Below are positions 31,045 to 40,105 of a DNA stretch of 64,000 bases, one piece after another (position 1 is the stretch's first letter; each line of letters begins with the position of its first letter). The DNA lies in NCBI GenBank assembly GCA_037308085.1, contig CP147779.1, positions 160,001-224,000 on the forward strand, given 5' to 3'. The notes under the pieces are model-generated. The model was given only the letters and a program-made list of their open reading frames with translations. It did no database searches and had not been told where the DNA came from. The position numbers and the translations under genes were made by a program. Source of the stretch: Promethearchaeati archaeon SRVP18_Atabeyarchaeia-1. GTDB taxonomy: Archaea > Asgardarchaeota > Atabeyarchaeia > Atabeyarchaeales > Atabeyarchaeaceae.

Positions 31045-31698
31045 TTACCTCCTAGTTGATTCATCCAAGGTTTCCCCGGTGAAGCCTTGCTGGGTCCTTA
31101 CTTTTGTAAGTCTCGAGCCTGATTTTGCTGGCCTACCTTGCGCTTCTTCGGTTTTTGCCTTGATCCTATTGAGGATAATATCGAGAGCCCTTTTGGCTGC
31201 GTCGGTGGCTGTGAGTTTCTCTGAGTCTAGAACAAGGTCGGGTTTATCCCACTTGTACTTGCCGCCGGGGGTATCAAACCTCTTCGCGATTTTTGAAATC
31301 AATTCTTGGGGAATAGGCGTTCCTCTTGTTGCGTTGCGTCGTTGCGCAACTTCAACGCTTACAAGCAAAAGAATGATAATGTATTCTGCCCGGTGTTTCC
31401 GGGCAATTCCAATGAGCCTATGCCTGGCTGACTCGTAATAGTTTAGATCATCGCTGATTACGACATCGAGTTTTTCTAGGCTCTGATCGATTAGCGTCCA
31501 CGTCAGGGATTCGATAAAAGCCTCCTGCTTAGGATCGAATCGGCTTCTGAGGGCAGGCATCATCTCTCGAATCCTATCTGGATCAGCAATCATGGTGTGC
31601 AAGCCATGATTGAAATCTAGTTCCTTCGCCAGTTCCAGCGCGAGCTGAGTCTTACCAGTGCAAGGTATCCCACAGAGGATTACCAGCAATTTTGCCAA
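31045..31698 (-). CDS. pstK: O-phosphoseryl-tRNA(Sec) kinase; C-terminal domain apparently frameshifted
   Basis: GIPCTGKT, DDLNYYESAR, RRNATRG, FDTPGGKYKWDKP; located in the Sec cluster. Confidence 0.85.
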   Translation of the reverse strand: MAKLLVILCGIPCTGKTQLALELAKELDFNHGLHTMIADPDRIREMMPALRSRFDPKQEAFIESLTWTLIDQSLEKLDVVISDDLNYYESARHRLIGIARKHRAEYIIILLLVSVEVAQRRNATRGTPIPQELISKIAKRFDTPGGKYKWDKPDLVLDSEKLTATDAAKRALDIILNRIKAKTEEAQGRPAKSGSRLTKVRTQQGFTGETLDESTRR

Positions 31699-31878
31699 CC
31701 GCCTGACCTCCAAGATCGCCCCTGCAGACAAACGAAGCTAGGCGTCTGAAGCGATATATTATCTTCCCTTGAAGACAGTGAACGAATCTGAAGAAGACGT
31801 AAGGAGGGAGAGAGGAGGGGGTAACAGTCGGAATTGGGGTCTAGTTTCTCTCGGCTAGCCCCTCGTTGGTCTGAAAAA

Positions 31879-32841
31879 TCATACCTCTACTTTCAGGTTG
31901 AGTTTTTGAACCATTTCCTTGTACCTGTTCCGCACAGTTACCTCAGTTATGTGTGCTGCTCCAGCTACTTCCTGTTGAGTTCTTCTTTCTCCTTCTATGA
32001 GACCTGCTATGTAGAGAGCCGCTGCTGCCATGCCAGTAGGGTCCTTGCCCGCGGTCAGCCCCATCGCTTGAGCCTGGTCTATTATCTCGATTGCTCGTCG
32101 CTGAGCATTCACGGACATGCGAAGGTCTTCACCAAATCTGGAGATGAAGTCCTGTGGTTTAGGTCTCGGAATAGCTATACCTGATGTGTGCAAAATCAGT
32201 CTTATGCTTCTGCCCAGTTCCTTGCGTCCAGCATGCGTATGAGTCACTATTTCTTCAAGTGCCCTTGGCACGTGGTGGAGTCTGCATGCTAGGTAGACCG
32301 CCGCTGCAGTTACGCCATCAATTGTTCTTCCCCTCACCAGTCGCCTTTCAAGTGCCTTTCTGTAGATGATCGCTGCGGTTTCCTTGATGTCTCTCGGTAT
32401 ACCGAGCTGGCTCGTCAATCTATCGAGTTCGCTCATGGCTGTCGCCAAGTTCCGTTGCACGGAGTTGTGAACCATCGATCTGATCTGCCATTTCCGGAGT
32501 CTGTATATCTGCGCTCGTCTACTCGGTACCAGCTTGTTTCCGTAGACATCGATGTCTCTTCTGTCTATAACTGTACTGAGACCCTTGTCATGCATGGCAA
32601 AGGTTGTTGGCGCGCCTACGCGACTCCGACCTTCCTTCTCTTCAGAGGAAAAAGCTCTCCACTCAGGACCTTGGTCGATGTATCTTTCGGATATAACGAT
32701 CCCACAATTTCCGCAAATGATCTCTCCCCTTGTAGGATCTCTGTAGATCACTGTGCTTCCGCATTCAGGGCACGGTTCAGATGGGGTCTGTTCCTTCTCC
32801 TCATTTGGCTTTGGCTTGCTCCCGATCACTTCGTCTGCCAT
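31879..32841 (-). CDS. tfb: Transcription initiation factor IIB
   Basis: CPECG...CGNCG zinc ribbon, IDQGPEWRAF, two cyclin repeats, TEVTVRNRYKE. Confidence 0.96.
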   Translation of the reverse strand: MADEVIGSKPKPNEEKEQTPSEPCPECGSTVIYRDPTRGEIICGNCGIVISERYIDQGPEWRAFSSEEKEGRSRVGAPTTFAMHDKGLSTVIDRRDIDVYGNKLVPSRRAQIYRLRKWQIRSMVHNSVQRNLATAMSELDRLTSQLGIPRDIKETAAIIYRKALERRLVRGRTIDGVTAAAVYLACRLHHVPRALEEIVTHTHAGRKELGRSIRLILHTSGIAIPRPKPQDFISRFGEDLRMSVNAQRRAIEIIDQAQAMGLTAGKDPTGMAAAALYIAGLIEGERRTQQEVAGAAHITEVTVRNRYKEMVQKLNLKVEV

Positions 32842-33131
32842 CTCTTTTTCTACACCTCCTGTATCTTTCATAAGGCATTTCCTCACAAAGAAGGGTGAGC
32901 GATACCTGTCACTAGTATTCGATGCTGTCCGCTCCTGGCGGATTTTCACCCCAAAAACCCAGTTATTAACGGCCTTCATATCGTCAATTTAAGTAACCAT
33001 TACCGCGGGCAGATAAATATATAAGTGTTACGCTTCATGACTGCTTAAAACTCTTCCGACTCTCGCAGGGAAACAGCTTCTGCAAGACGAAATTATGCTA
33101 TAAGAGACGTGTTCTAACGTTAATTCGTTGT

Positions 33132-33695
33132 CTAGCCCGAACCACGTTGTGACTTGAGTATCTCTGCCAACAGCCACATTAAGGCCGCCTCAATATTCTG
33201 ACCAAGTTTCGCCGAGGTCTCAAAGTACTTCAGTCCAAGCCTTGAGGCGCGGGCTTCTGCTGTGGATCGATCGACGAGTCGCCTGTCGGTCAAGTCAATC
33301 TTGTTACCGATGAGAACTCCAGGGATGCCACTTGTCGCACTGGCGCACTCTCCCACCCAGTCATCCACCCTCGCCAACGTGTGAGGCATAGTGACGTCGA
33401 ACATGAAAACAGCGCCTGCACTACCTTTGTAGTACATAGGTCTGATTATTTTGAATTGGGGCTGCCCGGCCAGATCCCACATTATGAGCGTGACTTGGGT
33501 TCCCCTTACATCAATTCTCTTGGTTGTTATTTCGACTCCAATCGTCGGCAAATACTCGTCACGCAACTCCTTATGGGTGAAATTCCTTACGAGCGTCGTT
33601 TTCCCGACGGCGGGCTCACCCAAAACCACTATCTTGAAATGCGGTCCCTTTGAAATCGGGAACTCAACCTCATATTGCTCGTTCTTTTTGGGCAA
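33132..33695 (-). CDS. Rab/Ras-like small GTPase
   Basis: GEPAVGKT, PTIGV, WDLAGQ, YYKGS, NKID, ETSAK. Confidence 0.92.
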   Translation of the reverse strand: MPKKNEQYEVEFPISKGPHFKIVVLGEPAVGKTTLVRNFTHKELRDEYLPTIGVEITTKRIDVRGTQVTLIMWDLAGQPQFKIIRPMYYKGSAGAVFMFDVTMPHTLARVDDWVGECASATSGIPGVLIGNKIDLTDRRLVDRSTAEARASRLGLKYFETSAKLGQNIEAALMWLLAEILKSQRGSG

Positions 33696-33767
33696 ATCTT
33701 CACTTTCCCCCTACACTGACGTTCAGACGCTGATCGGTGGATCAGTCCAGGCATGCTGGTTCCAACT

Positions 33768-34508
33768 TCAGAATGACTCAGGCCCTAGATCTATTTTCTC
33801 GTCGCCTTCTTCTTCGGCTTCTGGTTTCTTGGTCTCTGCGGATTCCTCTTTTACTTGATCAGCTGGCTCAGCAACCTCTGGAGTCTCTGCGACCTCGGGC
33901 TCAGCAACCTCTGCAGTCTCCGCGACCTCGGGCTCAGCAGGAACTGGCTTCAGCTTCATTATCCCCAGATCCATGAGAGTCTTCATGACGTTGTTGACTG
34001 CTCTATAGACATCTTCCTCTTTCTTTGCGCCTGTGCAAACAAGTTTGCCTGAACCGAAAAGAAGGATAACAACCTTTGGATCCTTCATCCTGTAGATCAG
34101 CCCTGGGAACTGTTCCGGCTCGTACATGACGTTTTCTAGGCTGTACGCGGCAAGCTCAAGGTTCAACTCCGCTCCCAAGGAAGCCGACGCAACTATGTTC
34201 TGGACGGTTATGACGGGTTCACCGGTAATTTGAATGCTAGCCTCACGCAGATGTTCGACTATTCTGTGGACTGCCCTCGAAGCTTCCGCCTCACTCTTGG
34301 CCCCGGTGCAGACCATTTTGCCGGAGTTGAAAATTAGGGTAGCAGTTTTCGGCTTCTTTAGGCGGTAGACGAGTCCCGGAAATTGTTCTGGATCATACTC
34401 GACATTGAGAAGCGAGCGGGCGACCTTGTCAAGATCAATCCTCTGATTGACCGTCACGGAGGCCACAACATTTTCTATCCTTATTTTTGGTTTCGGGAGT
34501 GTTGACAA
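33768..34508 (-). CDS. tbp: TATA-box binding protein with acidic C-terminal tail
   Basis: Two NxVAS...YxPEQFPGL...LxFxSGKxVCTGAK repeats. Confidence 0.97.
   Translation of the reverse strand: MSTLPKPKIRIENVVASVTVNQRIDLDKVARSLLNVEYDPEQFPGLVYRLKKPKTATLIFNSGKMVCTGAKSEAEASRAVHRIVEHLREASIQITGEPVITVQNIVASASLGAELNLELAAYSLENVMYEPEQFPGLIYRMKDPKVVILLFGSGKLVCTGAKKEEDVYRAVNNVMKTLMDLGIMKLKPVPAEPEVAETAEVAEPEVAETPEVAEPADQVKEESAETKKPEAEEEGDEKIDLGPESF
33865..33939. repeat. 33-bp tandem repeat (about 2.3 copies) in the TBP tail
   Basis: ggctcagcaacctctg(g/c)agtctc(t/c)gcgacctcg x2 plus ggctcagca. Confidence 0.9.
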
Positions 34509-34716
34509 CGAATAACATCCTCCTTTTGGGGAAACACAGGTTCCTGAGTTAAGAGCTAAAATCATCATTGGTTAGCAGGGCTATCCAATCAACCTTCTTT
34601 TTTCCTTATAAAGCTTGTATACTATATAAGCTGCTCCTTTTAAAACAAACGATTCGCCTCGGATGTGCGCGATTAATAGCGCAGATGCAGCCGATCCCGA
34701 AAACGGTCATAAGAAC

Positions 34717-34944
34717 CTAGAATGGTCTTTCCAGCCTCATCAGCTCATCTTTCCGCGTTTTTCTCAGATGCTTTTTCAGGATCTTGTAGTGCTTTTCGCA
34801 TATGTACACGCGGTTGCTCGTCCCTTTCACCTGTAGGCCAGCTTGGCTTAGCGGCTTCCCGATACTATCTTTAGAAAGAGATCTAACTGCTGTTTCAGTG
34901 CAACCCGCAACGTTGCACGGAACGCCCTTCTTGATCTTGCCCAT
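34717..34944 (-). CDS. Small putative zinc-binding protein
   Basis: CNVAGC ... YICEKHY, basic. Confidence 0.75.
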   Translation of the reverse strand: MGKIKKGVPCNVAGCTETAVRSLSKDSIGKPLSQAGLQVKGTSNRVYICEKHYKILKKHLRKTRKDELMRLERPF

Positions 34945-35073
34945 TATGAAACACCAGACTGTCACACGTATCGAGATTTGGGGATGTGGAGGAAAAGATG
35001 GTCTGACTTATGCTGTTCTGGCTCTTTAAATTATCTTAGAACTATGGCTCCGTGCTGCTGAGATTGGCATGCG

Positions 35074-36069
35074 CTAGGGTTTTCCTGAGAGTCTATCTTT
35101 TCGGAAGTCGAAGACCTCTGCGGAGACTTTGCCGTCCGTGATAAGAAGCCGCCCAGAGTCATTCACTTTGCCAACCGCTCTTGCTTCAACTCCATGCCTG
35201 TGAAATACCGAGAGGCAACTATCCTTATTCTCAGCTCTCACCGTCAGCACGACGCCGAACCCGGGATATGCTTTCAGCCATCTGTCTGAATCGATCCCTT
35301 GCGGCATAGGTATTTCCCCTAGGTTGATCACGCCTCCTGCTTTGCTTGAATGCAGGAGCATGCCAAGGGTACCAACAACACCTGGATTGCTGATGTCCTT
35401 CGCAGACGTTGAAACTCCACTACTCGCGATCTCGCGGATGGCGCTGAGGCAATTTGCGACCTCCGTCTTAGACTTGTGACTGGTTGTGTCCCAAGCATAT
35501 TTGAACATGTTATGAAAATGACCGTCAAGGTCAATGGCTACAACAATAAGATCGCCTGGAGACGCAGCATCGCTTCTAAGCAGTGAATTCTTCTGTACAA
35601 TGCCCAGGATGGCGACGCTCAGGGCATCGAATGGCGCGTCGGGATTGAGGTGCCCACCTACTATTGGAACATTGAATTTCATGCAACCGCTTACTATACC
35701 TTCCACGATCTTATCTCGAACGGCAGGCGAAGCGCTAGCTATCGTGTCAACTATAGCGATTGGCTCTCCACCTTTAGCCGACACATCGTTGACGGCGGCC
35801 AGAATTGAGCAATAGCCTGCAAACTTGGGATCGGCTTTGACGAGATCGTGCCACATTTCCTCTGCTTTGAAGAGAATTAGCCTTCCTTCGTCTCCGATAT
35901 CAATCACCGCACAGTCTTCGCCAAATGACTCGATTATTCTGGCACCTGGAGGGGTTATAGAGAGTGCGGTCTCCCTCATTTTTCTGGTAATTTCAATAAT
36001 AGGCAGCTTCCTGGTTGCGCCAGCGAAGGCTCTAAGCGAAGCAGCAGTCGATTTCAGATCAACGCTCAC
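35074..36069 (-). CDS. AIR synthase/PurM-fold protein (methanogenesis marker 2/sll0787-like)
   Basis: SFGEDCAVI, NDVSAKGG, GGHLNPD, KDISNPG; lacks the SelD N-terminal C/U-x-x-K motif. Confidence 0.8.
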   Translation of the reverse strand: MSVDLKSTAASLRAFAGATRKLPIIEITRKMRETALSITPPGARIIESFGEDCAVIDIGDEGRLILFKAEEMWHDLVKADPKFAGYCSILAAVNDVSAKGGEPIAIVDTIASASPAVRDKIVEGIVSGCMKFNVPIVGGHLNPDAPFDALSVAILGIVQKNSLLRSDAASPGDLIVVAIDLDGHFHNMFKYAWDTTSHKSKTEVANCLSAIREIASSGVSTSAKDISNPGVVGTLGMLLHSSKAGGVINLGEIPMPQGIDSDRWLKAYPGFGVVLTVRAENKDSCLSVFHRHGVEARAVGKVNDSGRLLITDGKVSAEVFDFRKDRLSGKP

Positions 36070-36285
36070 TATGATGGTTAGCCCCCAGGGGTCATTCAGC
36101 AGGTGACCGCGGAATTAAGTCCGTAATTCAAGCGCTTTCTTGAGCAAGTCCGATCATCTACTACAAAAAGTGAAATGGGTTTAAATAACTCGCTGCTAAG
36201 TCGCAAAAGCGATGAGAATATAGCTACGTGGAACACTTTAAGAAGTTTGTCGGTCTACTATCGAAAGCATTGCGATGGCCTCAGA

Positions 36286-36463
36286 GGCGCCCGATAGCGG
36301 GGGTGGAGGAATGCTGGTTTAACCAGGAATCAGCGCGCTACCCAATCCCACGCACCGGACTTCAAATCCGGTACACCAGAAAAACCTGTTTTGCGGGTTC
36401 TGATTGGTGTGGAGTTCGATGCTCCTCTAAGTGTAGGAGTGAAAATCTCCTCGGGCGCCGCCA
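36286..36463 (+). tRNA. selC: tRNA-Sec (UCA) with three introns (36307-36345, 36384-36403, 36421-36445)
   Basis: 9-bp acceptor GGCGCCCGA/TCGGGCGCC plus GCCA; 6-bp anticodon stem with CTTCAAA loop (UCA at 36362-36364); 4-bp T stem; each insert bounded by a BHB/BHL motif; spliced product 94 nt. Confidence 0.93.
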
Positions 36464-36467
36464 GATT

Positions 36468-37166
36468 TCAGCCTTGCACAACCGGTTCCGGAGGCGCAGG
36501 AGAAGCTTCGTCTATTGTTCTAGACAACCTTCGTTTCCAATCCAAGACCTTCATGCTTACTGACCGTGACTGGTCGGGATCCAATGGCGTTTCCTGTGAG
36601 TGGTCATACAAGCTCGCCATTACGTCGCCGGTCTCGATGTGTATCGGGTCGAATCCTTCTAGTGTCTTGATTAGGGTCTCCCTCACGATTCCGATGAACG
36701 GGTATATGTCGCCAACGGGGGCCTTCACCAGCAACTTACCCAAAGCTGCATCTAGCTTCATTTCCACTTCTATCGTCTTGATGACTTTCGTTCTATTCTT
36801 CTCATCGAATTTCCCGATTCGCCCCACAAGCTCCTTGTACCTTTTCTCATAGTTCGTGAGAGCATCTGAAGATTCTTCGGGGCTGTCTGAGCATACAGTT
36901 ATCTCCAGTTTTCCATCTGGTGCCAGAAGGAGTTTCACCGCCAGCTGGTGTCCAGAGGAAGACTTTGTGGACAACACTGCCTCTGCTGAGAAGGAAGATG
37001 ACTCGCCACCCATTGTCCCGATATTCTTGTAGCATCTTGCCTTTATCGTAGCGACAGAATGATAAACTAATGCAAAGGAAGATTGAGCATCGAGACCGTT
37101 GACTGGAAGACTCGCTTGCCTGCAATCAAGACCCTCAGCTATCTTGCTCCAGTCGGATGATTCCAT
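36468..37166 (-). CDS. Hypothetical protein following selB-spcS
   Basis: 232-aa ORF, no recognised motif. Confidence 0.75.
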   Translation of the reverse strand: MESSDWSKIAEGLDCRQASLPVNGLDAQSSFALVYHSVATIKARCYKNIGTMGGESSSFSAEAVLSTKSSSGHQLAVKLLLAPDGKLEITVCSDSPEESSDALTNYEKRYKELVGRIGKFDEKNRTKVIKTIEVEMKLDAALGKLLVKAPVGDIYPFIGIVRETLIKTLEGFDPIHIETGDVMASLYDHSQETPLDPDQSRSVSMKVLDWKRRLSRTIDEASPAPPEPVVQG

Positions 37167-37212
37167 CGCAATCGCCTACTCAACATGATTTCTCAGAGGA
37201 CCACTATATGAC

Positions 37213-38586
37213 TCATCGTTGCGGACGTGTATGATCCGGCTCTCGTTTCCCTGTCCTTTTTGCTATAGTTTGCTTCATCCCTTCCTTTAATTTTTCTACC
37301 GCATTGAATATGTCTGTCTCTGTCGACCCTATCGCAGCGTTCACTACGACATAGGAGTATGGATAATTGTCACAACAAGACCCTCGACTGCCTCGCGGAA
37401 TAACCCTTGGTCCACTGACTCTCAGGGAATACAGTATTCCTCCGAGAAGGGATGGATCGGCATTGGAGACTGTCATGGCGCACGCTATTGGGCTTTTGAC
37501 TTTCAGCATTCTCTCTCCACACGATTCCGCTGCTTCACCAAGCAGTGTTTCAAGAAGCTTTCTGTTTGACTCTTGGGCATCGCGAAGCCTCTCGTATCCG
37601 TCAATCCCGACAGATAGAATAGATGCTAGGAACTGATAGATCGGAGATGCGGATGCTCGACCTACATAGCTTGACGCTACTTTCTCGGCGAAGTCTTCAT
37701 CGGGAGAAGCGATTATTGCCCCGCCCACTGGTGTCAAGAAGTTCTTGTCGGTGCTTTGTACTACAGCATCTACTCTCCCAGCGTCTATTGCCAATCGGAT
37801 CTCTCGCATGGTTTCTCTGCTCTGCGCCCCATAAGCATTGTTTATGATGTGGGGAATATTCTGCTCCGAAGCAATCCGGGCAATATCGGCTATTGAATCA
37901 GTCTCCCTTGGAGGGAAAAAAGTCGTTGTCGAGAGTATGGCGGAGCAACGCTTGTCAATAGCTTCGGCTATATCGGTGACCGGCACGCGCACCGCGTCGT
38001 CATAGGTCTTCCCTTCAATAACTCTTGCCTTGAGATTGACCAAGTTCATGGCCTTCAAAGGGGAATCATGATCCACCCTTGCGAAAACTACTGTGTCACG
38101 TTCGCCACGAATTGAATCTCTAGTTGCTGCTAGGGCAAGTGCGATCGACATTCCTGTGGCTACGGGAGAAACGATCGCAGACTTCAGGTTGAACGCACCG
38201 AGTTTCTGCATGGCATCTAGCGCACATTTGTTGGCCAATCCATAAAGGACCGATGCCCCGGGGGCCTTTGGCTGGGGTGAAAGGAGTGACCCGCTTCTCC
38301 CAACTCCATGACAGAACCCCCATGCCAACTCAGAGACCAGGGGAGAAGCTACTCTTGCCTCACGCTCCCCAATTCTTATGCCATCGATATCCTTGTCAGT
38401 ATCCATCATTGAGAGAAGTCTCATCAAGAGACCGATTACGTGATCCGGCCATCCCGATTGCGGGATCCGCCTCTGCTTGAATAGGTTCCTTATCAGATTC
38501 AATTGAGAACTAAAGGCTACTTCGGAACGCCTCAACATCGCTTTGGGTAAGAAACCCTCAAGGTATTCCTCAAGCTTGTCACTCAA
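37213..38586 (-). CDS. spcS: O-phosphoseryl-tRNA(Sec) selenium transferase (SepSecS)
   Basis: GEREARV, HGVGRSG...QPKAPG, INNAYG, QSTDKNF (PLP Lys), GRAS. Confidence 0.95.
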   Translation of the reverse strand: MSDKLEEYLEGFLPKAMLRRSEVAFSSQLNLIRNLFKQRRIPQSGWPDHVIGLLMRLLSMMDTDKDIDGIRIGEREARVASPLVSELAWGFCHGVGRSGSLLSPQPKAPGASVLYGLANKCALDAMQKLGAFNLKSAIVSPVATGMSIALALAATRDSIRGERDTVVFARVDHDSPLKAMNLVNLKARVIEGKTYDDAVRVPVTDIAEAIDKRCSAILSTTTFFPPRETDSIADIARIASEQNIPHIINNAYGAQSRETMREIRLAIDAGRVDAVVQSTDKNFLTPVGGAIIASPDEDFAEKVASSYVGRASASPIYQFLASILSVGIDGYERLRDAQESNRKLLETLLGEAAESCGERMLKVKSPIACAMTVSNADPSLLGGILYSLRVSGPRVIPRGSRGSCCDNYPYSYVVVNAAIGSTETDIFNAVEKLKEGMKQTIAKRTGKREPDHTRPQR

Positions 38587-38674
38587 AGTGGTTACCCCGG
38601 GCTAGTCCGAAGATGACAGAGGCTGTCATCTGGATCGATTCTGGCTTGACGTTTGATCCAGATCACAGACGCTT

Positions 38675-40060
38675 TCAAGGTATATTAAAATCCCGATACC
38701 TCCTAAGGAAGACCTTCTCGCCCAGTTGTGGAAGTCTTTCGAACTCGGCGACAACAAGACCTTTGCCCCCAAAAGCAGAAGATACAGTGCCATTGTCGCC
38801 GTTCTCTTTCGAGATGGTTTTACCAATGATCTTTTCCGCGCCTATCTTGCTCTTCGCCAACCCGCTGACGATCACGTTGGCCCTCGGGGTTATTCTGGTG
38901 ACCGCCCCCGACTTCTTCTCAAGCACTTTCAGTGGCGGGGGGTTGGTCAGAGTCTCTAGCACTGTGCCACCAGCGGCTATTCTAAGATTCGTGGGAGGAA
39001 GACTGAGTAATAGTAGAAGCATTTTGTCCCCTTTCTCCACTACGACGGACTTGGACAACCTGATATATGATGTGAAATCTCTCTCTTTAGGTGCTGATGC
39101 AACGACGAATTCCTGTTGTTCATTTGTCAGATAGGGAAAAACTTGGGATTGAATCGACGACATGCCTACCGCGGCATGCATTGACAGTCCTGGAGCAATC
39201 TCATGTTTGAAGAACTTGCTCACACACCCACCAAAAAGGAGGTGAAAGGTCGTCCTCAGTGATTTCGGTGAGGAGGCGTAGCATCCCCTGTAGATAGAAC
39301 GATGATCGACGCCTTGTAAGGCAATGCCTACGCGGTCTCCGGCCTCAGCCTTTTCCCTCGGCTCACTGAATGTCTGAATGGATTTGACACGACAGATTGC
39401 ACCTATGGGTGATATCTCCACATCGTCTCCGACTTTCACTTTTCCTCGCATAATCGTTCCTGTCACGACTGTGCCGGCGCCCTTTATTGGAAAAGAATGG
39501 TCTATCACCATCTTGAACTTTCCATCGACATCCCGTTCTGGAGGAGAAAGCAGTGAAAGAAGAGTTTTCTTTAGCTCGGGCAATCCCAATCCGGTAATGG
39601 ATGAGACCGCCACTACTGGTGCATCCGCGTAGCTTGAATCCGAGATGACCTTTCGAACTGATTCCTTGCTTTCGCTCAACTTGCTTTCTTCAACCAAATC
39701 GGCGTACGTGAGTGCAACTAATAGCTTACGTATCTTTAGGCTCTCAAGTAGCACTAGGTGCTCTCCAGTTTGGATTTGCGGTCCTTGCTTTGCAGAGACA
39801 ACCAAGATAGCTAGGTCAATTATGTTGGCACCGCTAACCGCCGTTCTTACCAGATCTGCATGTCCAGGAACATCAACAAGGGTCACTAGGTAGTCCCCTA
39901 GTGTGAACGCAGTGAAGCCGATATCAATAGTCATCTGCCTTCTTTTGGCTTCTGGGTGCCCGTCTAGCCCCGCAGTTGAAACCTTCTCGCTCAACGCGCG
40001 AGCGAGCTCAGTCTTCCCGTGATCCACATGACCGAACAGACCGACATGAACTGGGATCAT
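38675..40060 (-). CDS. selB: Selenocysteine-specific elongation factor (archaeal type)
   Basis: GHVDHGKT, TIDIGF, DVPGHADL, QTGEH, GDRVG, short C-terminal domain IV. Confidence 0.93.
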   Translation of the reverse strand: MIPVHVGLFGHVDHGKTELARALSEKVSTAGLDGHPEAKRRQMTIDIGFTAFTLGDYLVTLVDVPGHADLVRTAVSGANIIDLAILVVSAKQGPQIQTGEHLVLLESLKIRKLLVALTYADLVEESKLSESKESVRKVISDSSYADAPVVAVSSITGLGLPELKKTLLSLLSPPERDVDGKFKMVIDHSFPIKGAGTVVTGTIMRGKVKVGDDVEISPIGAICRVKSIQTFSEPREKAEAGDRVGIALQGVDHRSIYRGCYASSPKSLRTTFHLLFGGCVSKFFKHEIAPGLSMHAAVGMSSIQSQVFPYLTNEQQEFVVASAPKERDFTSYIRLSKSVVVEKGDKMLLLLLSLPPTNLRIAAGGTVLETLTNPPPLKVLEKKSGAVTRITPRANVIVSGLAKSKIGAEKIIGKTISKENGDNGTVSSAFGGKGLVVAEFERLPQLGEKVFLRRYRDFNIP

Positions 40061-40105
40061 TCTTCTCCAATTCGCTCCCTTAGTCAGTAGCTGCTCTCCG
40101 CGGTC

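Noticed and set aside
33865-33939. CRISPR-like repeat
   Set aside because: Contiguous in-frame coding repeat without spacers; no cas genes in the window
35074-36069. Calling this gene (or 49509-50588) selD
   Set aside because: No Cys/Sec-x-x-Lys N-terminal motif, and no upstream in-frame TGA extension for 35074-36069
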